Source: a virus. Taken from it: DNA of 64,000 nucleotides. Below the pieces are notes generated by a model, which ran no database searches, was not told the DNA's origin, and worked only from the letters and a program-made list of their open reading frames with translations. A program made the translations under genes and the position numbers. The DNA lies in IMG/VR virus record IMGVR_UViG_3300007512_000011, positions 32,001-96,000 of that record; one strand, 5' to 3'. Shown piece by piece: positions 30,885 to 41,900 of this stretch; within the stretch, counting starts at the first letter, position 1, and the number at the start of each line of letters is the position of its first letter.

Positions 30885-31649
30885 CTATTCGTCGTCGATG
30901 AGATCAGCAAAGGCCTCATCGATGCTCTTGTAGTTAGATTCAGCTGAAGCCGATGTCTCAGAAAGTGTGGTGCCCACATCTTCTTCAGCCTCATCATCAT
31001 CACTCAGCCAGTCATTGATAATCTTTGAGAGCTCATCATAAGACTTGCACTGATATGTCTCGGTTACATCTGGAATACTAGAAGTCCACTCTTTTGCCCG
31101 ATCTGTATCTTCAGACAGAAGAGATTGCTTGCCTCGTGGGCGAACCTCAGTCATCGACCATTGCCGACCAGGCTGCTTGGTGCATGTGACCTTGATATCA
31201 CGGCCTGTTTGTGGATCTGTGATATCTCCGTAGTCCTCATCAAGCATCAGTCCCAGAAGATTCTGATAAACAGTCTTACCAAAACCCCAGATCTGAACAC
31301 CCTTGTCCTCCTCTCCTCGGACAACAACGGGCGCGTAAGTACGCATCTTAGGATAGAGCTTCTTAGCGAGCTCATAGGATTCCTTAGAACCTTCCTCACG
31401 AAGCTTTGTAATTAGCTCCTGAATCGGATCAGGATCATTGAACTGATAAGGTGCCAAAAGACCCCTCTCATTTCCAATGTTATAGTAGAACCACAACTCC
31501 TTAAATGGTTGGCCATCATTATCTGGGAAAGATAGAAGACGTACTGTGTGCTCCTCTCCCTCTTGTGGTCGCCACATAAGGGACCTATTTCTATTTGTTC
31601 CGCTTAGTCTGTCAAGCTTTTTACGGATTGCATCAAAATCAACTGCCAT
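30885..31649 (-). CDS. Single-stranded DNA-binding protein (T4 gp32-like)
   Basis: W-x-P...VRLL, DP-x-TGRDIKV, YDEL and an acidic C-terminal tail ending AFADLIDDE. Confidence 0.85.
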   Translation of the reverse strand: MAVDFDAIRKKLDRLSGTNRNRSLMWRPQEGEEHTVRLLSFPDNDGQPFKELWFYYNIGNERGLLAPYQFNDPDPIQELITKLREEGSKESYELAKKLYPKMRTYAPVVVRGEEDKGVQIWGFGKTVYQNLLGLMLDEDYGDITDPQTGRDIKVTCTKQPGRQWSMTEVRPRGKQSLLSEDTDRAKEWTSSIPDVTETYQCKSYDELSKIINDWLSDDDEAEEDVGTTLSETSASAESNYKSIDEAFADLIDDE

Positions 31650-31750
31650 TGTTCCTCCAATTTTTAATGTTCAATGTGTAGTTTTTGCAATATGCAAATA
31701 ATATTATGCTTAATTTTAGATCAATGTTCAAATAATTTTATGTTTTATGC

Positions 31751-33493
31751 TTAGTTTTTCTTTTTCTTTTTTCGCTTGCTGCCAGACTTCTCTGCAATTC
31801 CCTTTGCCCACTTTTCTGCCGCTGTATAAATAAGTGCTGGATCCTGTGGGTTTACAAGAGACCCACCGTAAAATGCTGCATTTTTCTTGGCCTGGGCCAT
31901 GTATGTCTGCCGAGAAGGACTCTTTCCTTGCGGACCTGTGCCCAAAGGAGTAACTGGACCGCCGCCGATGGCGCTGGTGCCGGAGGCCTCTCCTATCTCG
32001 TCGTCGGTTTTGCCCTTTTTACTTTTTCTTTTTTTTTTTGCTTCATCGAGCGCTTGACGAATGAGCATTCGAATCTCTGACTCTTTTAAGGGCTTCGGAT
32101 GTGCTGTGATGACCCCGGAATCTGTCTTATATGCGACAGCAAAATCATTGGTATCCGGGACTTTACCTGTCGAAAGACGAGTGATAATAACATCTTCCTC
32201 ATCTTCCTCTTCTGAAGTTACCGGAGCGTATTGAAGAAATCCCTGGGGCTCTATCTTTCTTAGTGAAGGATAAGCACCATAAATGGTCTCTCTAATAAGC
32301 TGACGAATCTCTCTCAGTGCTAATGCCTTAAATATGTCTTCAGGTGAAATCTCCATATCAGCTAGCTGTGTTAAATCTTTATCGAGCTGTGTTATGTCTT
32401 TATCCATTTCTATATCCTTTTCCTCTGGTTCTTCAACCCTGGGTTCTTCTGATTCAATTCCTCGACAGGTTCCGCTATCAGACTTTAAAGCATTAAATAT
32501 TGCTCCGATCCTTGTAGTGATACCAACCAGAGCAGTCTTTCTGACAGGTATGCCTCCCGGGCGCTTGAGGAGTAATCCCACATAGGCTGGACCAATTGCA
32601 AAGGACGCAATTCTTCTAAGGAGCGGAATCTCGTCAAGTAACTCTGCAAGAAATGTTATCACAGTTGTTGGCGTGAACTGTAAGACGGCTGCTTGTTTCA
32701 CGCCGGCCCTACCCAGGCGGGCCTTCATCACAGACTCAGCAACTTTTTGAAGATCACTTATTGCATCTGTTAGAGCTTCCCGTAATTTTTTCTTATCACT
32801 TTCAGGCAGTCTGCAAATTTTCTCAATTGAATCTGAAAATTCGTCCTCTCCATACTCACGATCACCCAGCTCAGTTAGTGTGATACCAATTTTATCATTT
32901 AGCAGCTGGCTAGCATCACCCAGGCTATCGCTAAAGCTACCTGCCTTCCGCAAGGCATCAAATCCCTCGATAGCCGCAATAGCAACTTGTACGACAGGAT
33001 GTGGAATAAAATTAAGTGCGGTTGTAAAAATGTCAAGAAGAGCTCCCTCTCCAAGAAGCTCGTCCTCGCTCATCTGCGAAACTTCCTCAAGTGTTGGGTA
33101 GACTCTCATTCTCTCCTCACTAATATATGGAGCCCTAGAGACTAACTTGCGGGTGCGCAAAGGTAAAACTTCTGGCTCAGGATAAATATCTAGATCATCA
33201 GGTTCTTGTTCTGGGAACATTGACACTTCTAGTGACTCTGGATCCACATGCCCTACATTCTGGCTAAGTGCTGATGAGAAACCCGCGTCAGCCGAGTGGC
33301 TTGGTGTTCCGGTCTCACCCGGGTGATATGGTCTTCGATTTCGACCGATCTTATAGTAATAATCATCGCCGCCGCCAATTGCACCGCCAACTGGAACACC
33401 AATACCGCGGCCTGAGGCAACACCTGCTTCCGGCTTCTTGACGATGTCGCTAACAAGTGCGCGTATGATATCCCTTGCAGTAAGATTTGCCAT
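31751..33493 (-). CDS. Hypothetical protein, possible internal virion protein
   Basis: 580-aa ORF with repeated IR-x-LIR-E/Q helices, basic C-terminus and a late-type promoter motif directly upstream. Confidence 0.65.
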   Translation of the reverse strand: MANLTARDIIRALVSDIVKKPEAGVASGRGIGVPVGGAIGGGDDYYYKIGRNRRPYHPGETGTPSHSADAGFSSALSQNVGHVDPESLEVSMFPEQEPDDLDIYPEPEVLPLRTRKLVSRAPYISEERMRVYPTLEEVSQMSEDELLGEGALLDIFTTALNFIPHPVVQVAIAAIEGFDALRKAGSFSDSLGDASQLLNDKIGITLTELGDREYGEDEFSDSIEKICRLPESDKKKLREALTDAISDLQKVAESVMKARLGRAGVKQAAVLQFTPTTVITFLAELLDEIPLLRRIASFAIGPAYVGLLLKRPGGIPVRKTALVGITTRIGAIFNALKSDSGTCRGIESEEPRVEEPEEKDIEMDKDITQLDKDLTQLADMEISPEDIFKALALREIRQLIRETIYGAYPSLRKIEPQGFLQYAPVTSEEEDEEDVIITRLSTGKVPDTNDFAVAYKTDSGVITAHPKPLKESEIRMLIRQALDEAKKKRKSKKGKTDDEIGEASGTSAIGGGPVTPLGTGPQGKSPSRQTYMAQAKKNAAFYGGSLVNPQDPALIYTAAEKWAKGIAEKSGSKRKKKKKN

Positions 33494-33530
33494 GTAGATA
33501 AATATCTACAGTCTGACCAAACGTCACATC

Positions 33531-34103
33531 CTACTGAGACAAGTGAACTGACATCGCCTTTGCTTGCTGCAGCAGGAGGCCTAGTGTTCCCTCATGACCG
33601 ACGTAGAATCTATTTTCCTCAAAGTGTGAGCCTCTTGCTAGCTGTATCGCGAGCCACTCCTCTGTGGAAAGTCTGACACCGAAGTGTTGAAGTAAATGTA
33701 GTGCTCGATGAGAAAGTGACATCTTATTGAGGCTTTCATTGAATGTATAGAGCTGTCCTAATTTGTCACGGTGCCAGTCCGAATCCTGGTCCACAAAGTA
33801 GGACTCTTCCAGGTCTCCGACCTTTCCAATCTCATGAAGCAGTCCTACCTTTAGTATCTGTGATGGATGAAGACCCAGATCCATCGCATCATTAAGTGTT
33901 CTCATTCTAACTGTGACATCTAAGACATGCTCGACCATTCCGCCAGGATAGCATCCGTAGCTATCTTGTCTGGGTGACGCTGGGCACACTACAATTCGAT
34001 CTCCAAGGGTGTCGAGCAGATTATTTAAGCCCTCGTCTGACAGCCTCCGGCACAGCTTGTCAAACTTTGTCCAATTCTTCTCAAGTGTCTCTACATCAAT
34101 CAT
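33531..34103 (-). CDS. HD-domain-like protein with degenerate metal ligands
   Basis: PAS...YPGG-x-x-EH...LLHEIGK layout of phage/YhaM-type HD hydrolases, but HD is HE. Confidence 0.7.
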   Translation of the reverse strand: MIDVETLEKNWTKFDKLCRRLSDEGLNNLLDTLGDRIVVCPASPRQDSYGCYPGGMVEHVLDVTVRMRTLNDAMDLGLHPSQILKVGLLHEIGKVGDLEESYFVDQDSDWHRDKLGQLYTFNESLNKMSLSHRALHLLQHFGVRLSTEEWLAIQLARGSHFEENRFYVGHEGTLGLLLQQAKAMSVHLSQ

Positions 34104-34112
34104 GAATATATC

Positions 34113-35318
34113 TTACACACCGTGGCAAAAATTTTCAACTTTAACAGGAAATCTCTGTTGCATTCTCTTGACGTGAAGGCCTTGATCTGTTATATCTCTC
34201 AACCTGGAGATCTGGTCCTCCCTCACATCGAGAACAATCGCATCATGAATCACAAATATCGGTCTTACGTCCAACTCCTGTAGGCTGCATTGCTCTAAAA
34301 GCCAGCCAAAACCCAGTAAAGCTGCATCAACACCTGTGCATTGCAAATAGTGATTCACGTGGGCTGAATCTGACTTGATCAGGCGGTTGTAGAAGCTTTG
34401 TATGTGACCCGTAGTTGCTGCCTGTTGTCTTAGACTTCTCTCCATGTTTGGTACATCAAAATAGTCTCTGATGTTGCTTAGAATGCGTCCTGCATCCATT
34501 CCTGATGGTATTTTTCCCTGTAGTGTGGAGGCCGTCATGCCATATAGACAGCCTATTGTGGCGATCTTTGTCTCGTCACGAGAAAGGTTGCCCCCTAGTA
34601 CCTCATCTTGCACGTGTGTGTATATGTCATAGGGAGCTTCTCTCTGGGCGATGCTCAGAGCAACACGAGGCTCCAGGCAGATAATATCGACCTGGAGCAA
34701 CTGTCCATTTTTAAATCCAGACCTGAAAATTTTCCTATGATCCTTTTTAAGAGTCAATATGTTCGGCCCTGATGTCACAGTTAGCCTGCCGGTGCTCGAT
34801 GATATCTGGCTATACCTGACAACGTCGGCTTTATCACCATCACTTGGCACACATCTTAAAAGCGACGTCTTATTGGTGCTATTTCTCTCAACACCAAGCA
34901 AGGATTTTAGAACACCTGTGTTAATGCTAGAAGGCTCCATCCTTAACAGCAACTCTCTATTCTCAACAAATTCATATCCATAATATCCCTGATTTGCCAG
35001 CTCAACAATTTTCTCAGCACGCTCTCGAATGGACTTAATTTTCTTCTTAAACACCTGCGGGGGTAATGCTCTCATCCACGGAACTCCGCTTGTGCCAGCC
35101 TTTCTAAGCTGCTTCCACATTCGAGACTGCGATTCCGTATCAAATAGTGGCAAAGATTGACCCATAGCCTGGGCTATCGTCCCGACATCTCGAGCACTCA
35201 TCTTGTCACCGCAAACCCAGTGATCCTCTGGGACACCATCCTGCCAGGCACACATGTCTTCATCAAGTAGAAGGTCTAAGTTACCTCCCAAGCACTTTCT
35301 TGATATTCCAATCTTCAT
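34113..35318 (-). CDS. Short, divergent family A DNA polymerase domain
   Basis: TGRL...PNI, motif A DIICLEPR, motif B RDETKIATIGCLYG, NHYLQ and motif C IHDAIV. Confidence 0.8.
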   Translation of the reverse strand: MKIGISRKCLGGNLDLLLDEDMCAWQDGVPEDHWVCGDKMSARDVGTIAQAMGQSLPLFDTESQSRMWKQLRKAGTSGVPWMRALPPQVFKKKIKSIRERAEKIVELANQGYYGYEFVENRELLLRMEPSSINTGVLKSLLGVERNSTNKTSLLRCVPSDGDKADVVRYSQISSSTGRLTVTSGPNILTLKKDHRKIFRSGFKNGQLLQVDIICLEPRVALSIAQREAPYDIYTHVQDEVLGGNLSRDETKIATIGCLYGMTASTLQGKIPSGMDAGRILSNIRDYFDVPNMERSLRQQAATTGHIQSFYNRLIKSDSAHVNHYLQCTGVDAALLGFGWLLEQCSLQELDVRPIFVIHDAIVLDVREDQISRLRDITDQGLHVKRMQQRFPVKVENFCHGV

Positions 35319-35359
35319 CTAGTATTTTAAGCTACCATAAAAGATTAGAATGTATCTTT

Positions 35360-38300
35360 TTACTTTAAAGTAGATGCTATATCACCTGCTGCATCGACTG
35401 CATCATCAATAAGACTGTCTCTAATCTTTGGAAGGGCTTCAGCAAGAGTGGTTCTGAATGATTCAACAGTTCCATTTGAGCAAAATGTCATAGTGAATGA
35501 AGTATCAAACTGACCAGCTGACAGAGTATGATTTATGTTAGTTATGGCATACAGGTTATCAGCTGTTGTTCCTGTCTGTAGATCCATATAGTATTGCTGC
35601 CCATATTCGATTAAAGGGCATCCAAACGTTGTGACATTTAAAGAGGCAGGTATTACCTTCACATCCTCCACTGGTGATGTGACATTTTCACCTGCTGAGT
35701 CACCAGCTGTTATCGATCTAAGTAATAGTGCATTAGCTGCCGGACCTTTCGTATTTGCTGATAGACTTATACTTTTTACACCTGTGTACTGTGTTCCCAT
35801 TGTGATGCTTGGAACAGTTTGCTTAATTGACTTCTTAATTGTGGCGGGACTTGCTGCTGCTACATATTCAGAGAACATACCTGCTACGGCCTGGCCAGCT
35901 CTGGTATCAGAAAATCTCTTTCCAAGGTTGCCCAGGGCCGATTTAGGGTCTGTGGTTCCAGGACCTGCTGAGTCGCTGGGAGCGCCGCGATTTTTAACTG
36001 CCTCTGTTATCTGGTTACCGGATCCCTTGACAAGCGATGTAAATTCACTATCATTTAGCATCGATAGCAAAAAGAGAGAACTCTCATGAGGTGTAGCAGC
36101 CTCATCATAAATGTGTATCCTAAGAATAATCTTGCCTGTATCGACACTACTATTACCTCGAAGACCAGTTGTTTTCGCAGGAAGTGCCTCCATATAGCAC
36201 TTCAACCTGGGGGGTCTAAACTTAGCAGGTGCAGATCCACAGCCATCACTCGTGTATATGCTAGTCAGTCGTTCTTGCAATCTGCTATCTATCTGCTTTA
36301 AAGACACTTGTAAGTTTTTATCATAATCCTTTAACAGTACTTTCAGATTGTCATCTTTACTATCCAGCTGTTTCTTGACCTCTGAAACTGCTTCCTCAAA
36401 TGATTTTCTTGTATCCTTTCGCAACTTATAGAGATCTGTCAGCCCATAGTTCTGATCTTGAGGATCTGACACAAAATTGTTAATGATAAAGTTAAGAAAT
36501 GTGAGAGTTGACATATTAGGATTTTCCTGAAGCACAGACAGCATCTCTGATTGAAATTTCTCAATGCTTATTTGAAACTGCGATATGTCAAACTTCCTTG
36601 CTCCCGCAGCCTGGTGATTAAATCGATAAAAGAAAACCTGGGTCTCGTCAAATCGACCTGATGCTGCCAGGGGAGATCCAACAAATGACATTATCAGCTT
36701 ACCTAATGAAACCTGGGTGTTTGCCGTTCCGCTTGGTAAGAAGGGGTCAGTTGCATGGGGGCTCTTTAGTGCTTCGATCTTAGCAGCAATAATATCGAAA
36801 AGTGAATCTTTTGTATCCTTTAACTCACCGCCGGTTCCATCTGGGCCGACAAGTCTTGTGATGAGAAGACCCAGCTGTGACTGTGCAAGCAGTACTCCTC
36901 CCGGTTGAGGCTCTAAGATTTTTAAAAATTCATTGAACAGATCACGACTAATAACTGACGAGGGTGACCTAGCGTTTCCTAAATTTACAGAGACCTCTTG
37001 GCGTATCTCAGCTGCTCTTTCACTTGAATCGCTTACATCGGATAGCTTTTTTGCAAGAATCGACTGTATCAAAGGCTTAATTTGCGAAATGGGAACGACC
37101 TCTCCAGTTGCAATCGAGACATTTGAAGCATCAGCGGCGCCCCTGGAAGCGAGTCTTAAGTCTATCTTTACTTTTCCCTCGTTTGTCATGGTGTAATCTG
37201 AAGAAACGATGTGAAACATGTTCTTTGATCTTAAATTGTTTAAAAATTTCCCATATGGATTGCTAGAAAGGTCCCCGCCCTCAGGATGAGACCATCCCCA
37301 CTCAATCAGGACGTTTGTGAGACCAAAGGTGTCAATTGCAACCAATGGTGCGATATCAGCAAGTCTCGACCTATCATGTAAAATGAGAGATACGTTTGCT
37401 GTCTTTGCTGACAGGAGCGCTCTCCCTAGCCCTGCAATTGAAATTCTTACACTATCTAGAGTCATCAATGGCTTAAATGGGTCAAGTACATTTCTAGCTC
37501 CATCAGAATTTATATCAGCATTAACGAGTGTTTGCGGTGATGTAAACAGCTCCATCCCAGAAGAAGCCATTCCAGAAGAAGCCAGTCCTAAATCTGCCCT
37601 GAGCGCTGATGCACCTGCGAAATTACTAATGTCACTATCAGCAGGAACAGCGGAGCCTAATCCTGACTTGTCATTGTCCGATCCCGCACCTAAAAAGCTT
37701 ACTATGCTTAATCTTTTCATTCTCTCTTCCAGACCACCTGGCACAGAAGATATGAATCTAATGTTGACAAAGGGTGTGCAACGAGAAAGCTCAAGTGTCG
37801 GCACTGCATTCAAAAATATCGCTGCCTCAGAAGTTGATCTAGTTGGAATTCCGACCTTTAGACTTGGAAGGACTATCGCAGAAAGAGTCGGACGTGTAAA
37901 TCTGCTCGGTGAAGACACGTTGCTATTCACGTTACTAGATTTTAATTTTGAGCTATCTGCTTTTCCGGAGGCGGCGTTTGTGGGGCATGATGAGATCATC
38001 TGTCTGACACTTGATCGACCCGAAACAGATTTCCCTCTTTCAACTTTTTGTCTTATCAGGTTAGTTTTCTCTTTTAGGGCAACTGCTTTTTCTTCCAGGG
38101 TGGCGTTCTCAGGAAGCTCTGGGCTGTCTATTGGAAGGAGATCCTCCGCAGGAGTGACTCCCTTCTCATTAACAAAAAAGTCTGGGACTGGGAGTGACCC
38201 AAGATCCTCAAAGTAAACTTTAGCAAACTGACGTACATCTTTAACACCCAGCCTGTCAGAGATTCCACCTCCGATGAATCCCAGATCCTTGGCCAGCTCA

Positions 38301-38602
38301 CCAAGGATTTGCTTAGTAAAGTACGCACCCTCAGTGTTGTCTACAAGAACCTGCTGCAATTCATAAATTGTTTCTGCATCGTCTCCTGAGAGAATCGGTA
38401 TGTTCTCATCTACACCTATTTTTGCTGCGTCTAGCACATATCTCGCAATTGAAGAACCGCCGGCTTCAGCTGTCAACCTTATAATGTCATCACGACCAAC
38501 TATTGCAAAATACTGGAGAAGAGCCTGGGTTGACTCTGCAAGCTTTGTCTTGGGCGTGCCCAGCTTGTCTAGGATTCCCTTGATGTCACTCAGTAATCCC
38601 AT
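35360..38602 (-). CDS. Putative baseplate hub / tail-associated protein
   Basis: Lies downstream of the LysM/gp53-like gene. Contains IEWGW and a C-terminal FGCP...GQ...Y-x-IT-x-I-x-H...G-x-F-x-T beta motif typical of hub proteins. Confidence 0.55.
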   Translation of the reverse strand: MGLLSDIKGILDKLGTPKTKLAESTQALLQYFAIVGRDDIIRLTAEAGGSSIARYVLDAAKIGVDENIPILSGDDAETIYELQQVLVDNTEGAYFTKQILGELAKDLGFIGGGISDRLGVKDVRQFAKVYFEDLGSLPVPDFFVNEKGVTPAEDLLPIDSPELPENATLEEKAVALKEKTNLIRQKVERGKSVSGRSSVRQMISSCPTNAASGKADSSKLKSSNVNSNVSSPSRFTRPTLSAIVLPSLKVGIPTRSTSEAAIFLNAVPTLELSRCTPFVNIRFISSVPGGLEERMKRLSIVSFLGAGSDNDKSGLGSAVPADSDISNFAGASALRADLGLASSGMASSGMELFTSPQTLVNADINSDGARNVLDPFKPLMTLDSVRISIAGLGRALLSAKTANVSLILHDRSRLADIAPLVAIDTFGLTNVLIEWGWSHPEGGDLSSNPYGKFLNNLRSKNMFHIVSSDYTMTNEGKVKIDLRLASRGAADASNVSIATGEVVPISQIKPLIQSILAKKLSDVSDSSERAAEIRQEVSVNLGNARSPSSVISRDLFNEFLKILEPQPGGVLLAQSQLGLLITRLVGPDGTGGELKDTKDSLFDIIAAKIEALKSPHATDPFLPSGTANTQVSLGKLIMSFVGSPLAASGRFDETQVFFYRFNHQAAGARKFDISQFQISIEKFQSEMLSVLQENPNMSTLTFLNFIINNFVSDPQDQNYGLTDLYKLRKDTRKSFEEAVSEVKKQLDSKDDNLKVLLKDYDKNLQVSLKQIDSRLQERLTSIYTSDGCGSAPAKFRPPRLKCYMEALPAKTTGLRGNSSVDTGKIILRIHIYDEAATPHESSLFLLSMLNDSEFTSLVKGSGNQITEAVKNRGAPSDSAGPGTTDPKSALGNLGKRFSDTRAGQAVAGMFSEYVAAASPATIKKSIKQTVPSITMGTQYTGVKSISLSANTKGPAANALLLRSITAGDSAGENVTSPVEDVKVIPASLNVTTFGCPLIEYGQQYYMDLQTGTTADNLYAITNINHTLSAGQFDTSFTMTFCSNGTVESFRTTLAEALPKIRDSLIDDAVDAAGDIASTLK

Positions 38603-38605
38603 AGC

Positions 38606-38902
38606 TCACCTAATCAGGTCAAAAACTCTGTCGAGGGCTGTCGGAACCTTGACAATTGTTCCCGGTGGGACCTGCAATGCCCACCCAATACCTGAAGCTG
38701 CTGCAAGAATCCACCATAAATCTGAAGATCCGTAGATCTGTCCAGCAAGATGATCGAGACGAACGTTCTCCTTTATCACAGTTGTGTTATAAGGCAGGTC
38801 TCCCTGCAATACTGCATTAAAAATTCGAGATGACGCCTCACTTGTTGCAAACTGCTTTCGACCCAGGATTTTAGATGTGTATGCATAACGACTAGTTGCC
38901 AT
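38606..38902 (-). CDS. LysM-like baseplate protein (gp53 / P2 tail X-like)
   Basis: SRY...RLDHLA-x-x-IYG-x-x-x-LWWILA...G-x-x-V-x-VP. Confidence 0.8.
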   Translation of the reverse strand: MATSRYAYTSKILGRKQFATSEASSRIFNAVLQGDLPYNTTVIKENVRLDHLAGQIYGSSDLWWILAAASGIGWALQVPPGTIVKVPTALDRVFDLIR

Positions 38903-38904
38903 AT

Positions 38905-41900
38905 CTAATCTCCCCTCTCACTGTCAATAGAGCTAAAAGTGCTAGCTGTACGATTGCCATCATTATATTTCGACTTTGAGCCCTCTCCATTATCATCAGC
39001 AACATCACCTGCAACATACTCCATAACACTTCCGACGTTATATACCGGTCCTCTGTTGAATCCGCTGTGATCGATACCAGGTGGCAGATCGTGAATCACA
39101 TCAAATGCCATCGTAATTTTGCAAGCCATTGGAGCTCGAGAATTCCAGTCAATCTCCCACGGAAACTCCATCCAGTCAAACTCTAAAGACGTAATTGCGC
39201 CAGCCAGGCCCCTGCCTCGAGATGAATTAAATGACTTGACAATTGGATTGTTGTCCTCATCCATAAATCTATCCACATTAGAAAGATTTGGTGATATTTG
39301 GTCAGCTGGAATTCCGGTAGCCTTAGCAGCAGTATTTACCACTGTGTCAAGAAGGGCCTCAGCAACCACCCCTACTCCCAGGGTGGGTAGGACTGTTGTG
39401 TTGAACAAAAAGTTTGGATTTGGCATGATATCTGCATGCGTCACAAGTATTGTCTTTCCTAACATTTGATTTGAAGCATTGAGATCCACTATCTTCACCC
39501 TATACAGCGTGCGAAAGCTATTCATACTACTTCTCTTAGGGCCCCTAAATGTTCGATTATCACCACTCTTATTCACAGGCAGGTCAAGTCTGGACGATCT
39601 TTTACCGCCCAGAGAAGAATTTTTAGATTTCTTTTTCGCAGACCTAGACTGACCAAGAATCATAATCTTCAGAGGTCGCACAACTTTAATTTTTTTAGCT
39701 GTATCATCCTCAAGCATATACCCATTTCCCATGGTTGGTCTTAAAAAGTGTGTTTCAAACTTTCGATAACCGTATGCAGAATTATTATCAGTTGCATTAC
39801 TGCTTATGGTGTCTGCCACTGCTTGAACAGCACCGGGAATTGTGGAGCTGAAGTCTGAGGTGTTTCGAACAGAGTCTGGGTCCATCATTCTATTCAGAAT
39901 GGTTCCAATTGCAAGTGGATTAACGAATTCATTTCTAAGGAAAGTGGACAAAGCACTACGAGCAATCTGTGATCTCTGGGTTCCTCCAAGAAGAGGATCA
40001 AAAGATAATGCTAAAGGTGAGCCAAACAATGTATAGAAGTAAGTGTTAAGATTTGCACTTATTGCCTTTTCTGTGGCAGCATCGAAAAAACTAACTGTCT
40101 TGTCAATAGCATTGGAAATCTTAGAATTGCCCATGAGCTCAGAAAGAGCGCTTGGTGTCTTAGGTGAGACACCTGTGTCGCCTATGCCAAACATTCTCGC
40201 AAGATTAAATTTTGAATAATTGCTCTTAACAACATCTCCGACACGCAATCTAATGATGGGTGAAGCTCCAAGCACCTGTGAAAACGGCTGAATAAACTTG
40301 CTTGTTTCTCCCACCTTAACCATGTCGCCCTGGGTCCACTTGGGATAGACTAGAGTCACAAGTTTATTGATCTTGAACCACATCTCATCAAAATCCTGCT
40401 TGGAGGTCGAGACCGCATAAAAGCTTAGGTTTATCCTTCGACGGGTTCCTGCATACATCTTAACAGCATCCATCCTTCCGTAGCCCGTCACATCACCTGA
40501 ATAGTTTGGTGAGTAAGCATCTCTAAGATTACCCAAGAAGGCATGAAATGTCACGATCTCATTTGTTCTAATATCGTGAAAGTAAAACGGCACGTACTCG
40601 GCATCAAGTGTATCTTCCATGCGCTGGACAATGTCTGATGGGATTCTTGCATTGGTGCCCTCCATTGTGCTATCCAAATAGGTCTTTTCAACAAGACTCG
40701 ATCCCATCATACCCTTGAGTGGGTTTGTTCCTGCACCAACTGTTCCCATTTCAATAGATGCCTTTATAACGTTCTTTGGAACCATATACAGTGCTGGCAC
40801 CGAATTACCTCGCCAGGCAAGAGACAATGCTGTATTTCCATCCCCTGATCTACTCTTTGAAATACGTGTGCTTGGGCTATCAGGCAGTCGATCCACGTTC
40901 CAAGGACCGACCTGATCGTCGACAAGACTAAAATCGTCGCTGCCGCCGGCCATGCGAAAGCTAACATCACCAACTGTTGCTGCCACATTCAAAAGAGAGA
41001 TAAGCTTATTTTCTTCTAGCTTCTTAACAACATTTTGAACTAGAGCTGAATTTCTTTCTGGTGACTGTGGAAAGATGGGTGGTGGTCCTTTGATAGCAAG
41101 GGATATCTGACCCATATCCTTCGCACCTCGTAGAACAGATCGAGCAATTGCAAGCCAGTATGAGGGTGCCTCAGCAATGTGCTGACTTTTTGACACCGCC
41201 CGCTTATCAGACCCAAGCCCTTCACTAGAAGTGGGACTCTTATTGTCAGTAAAGAAAATCTGCAATCCCCTTAGAACACACTTATCATATGGATAGTCAG
41301 TGGGTGTGATTACAAGTTTCTTTAAAAGATTAAACTTTTCGTTTAGACCTACGCTCGGCCCTTGTCCAGGAATGTATGGCCCTGGATACAACGCCTGTTC
41401 CTCAGCTATACTGGCTGATATCTGGTCAAAAAGCGTCCTCGAGGCCTCCAGCAATGCGACAACAGCAGCAATGGCCTGCGCCCTTATGACATCGGAATCA
41501 AACTGTGATTCTGGTGTGTATGTTGACCCATGTGATTTAGCAGAAGCTGTGATGTCATCGTGTGTTAGCAGATCACCTCGACCATCTCTTGCTGACACCC
41601 CTTTTTGATCACCCACATCAATGGAAGGTGCCCCTAAGGCATTTTGAGCCCTCAAGACCGCGGGATCGATAAGACGAGGTGAGATTGGTGAATCATTGTT
41701 CAGGTCATTATTATTAGAGCTCGCATTTCTCGGTAGACCCGTCTTGCTATCGCCAGGTGATAAAGAGTCATCCCATCCAGCTGCCTTGAGCATGAGAGAG
41801 AGACCCACCTGCTTTAAATCGTCCATCACAACGCTATCCGCTTCCTTGTTATAGGCTCCAAATTCACGCTGCGACGTTGTGGTGCCGAGCCCTAGTGTGC

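Noticed and set aside
32023-32039. Long T-rich run (A-rich on the coding strand) as a slippage site
   Set aside because: It encodes a Lys-rich stretch (KKKRKSKK) within an uninterrupted ORF, and no alternative-frame ORF is apparent.
37317-38216. 299-aa plus-strand ORF and many other antisense ORFs (for example 58361-58990, 14170-14655, 41879-42364)
   Set aside because: They lie entirely opposite well-supported minus-strand genes, have no recognisable motifs, and are expected shadows of codon bias.
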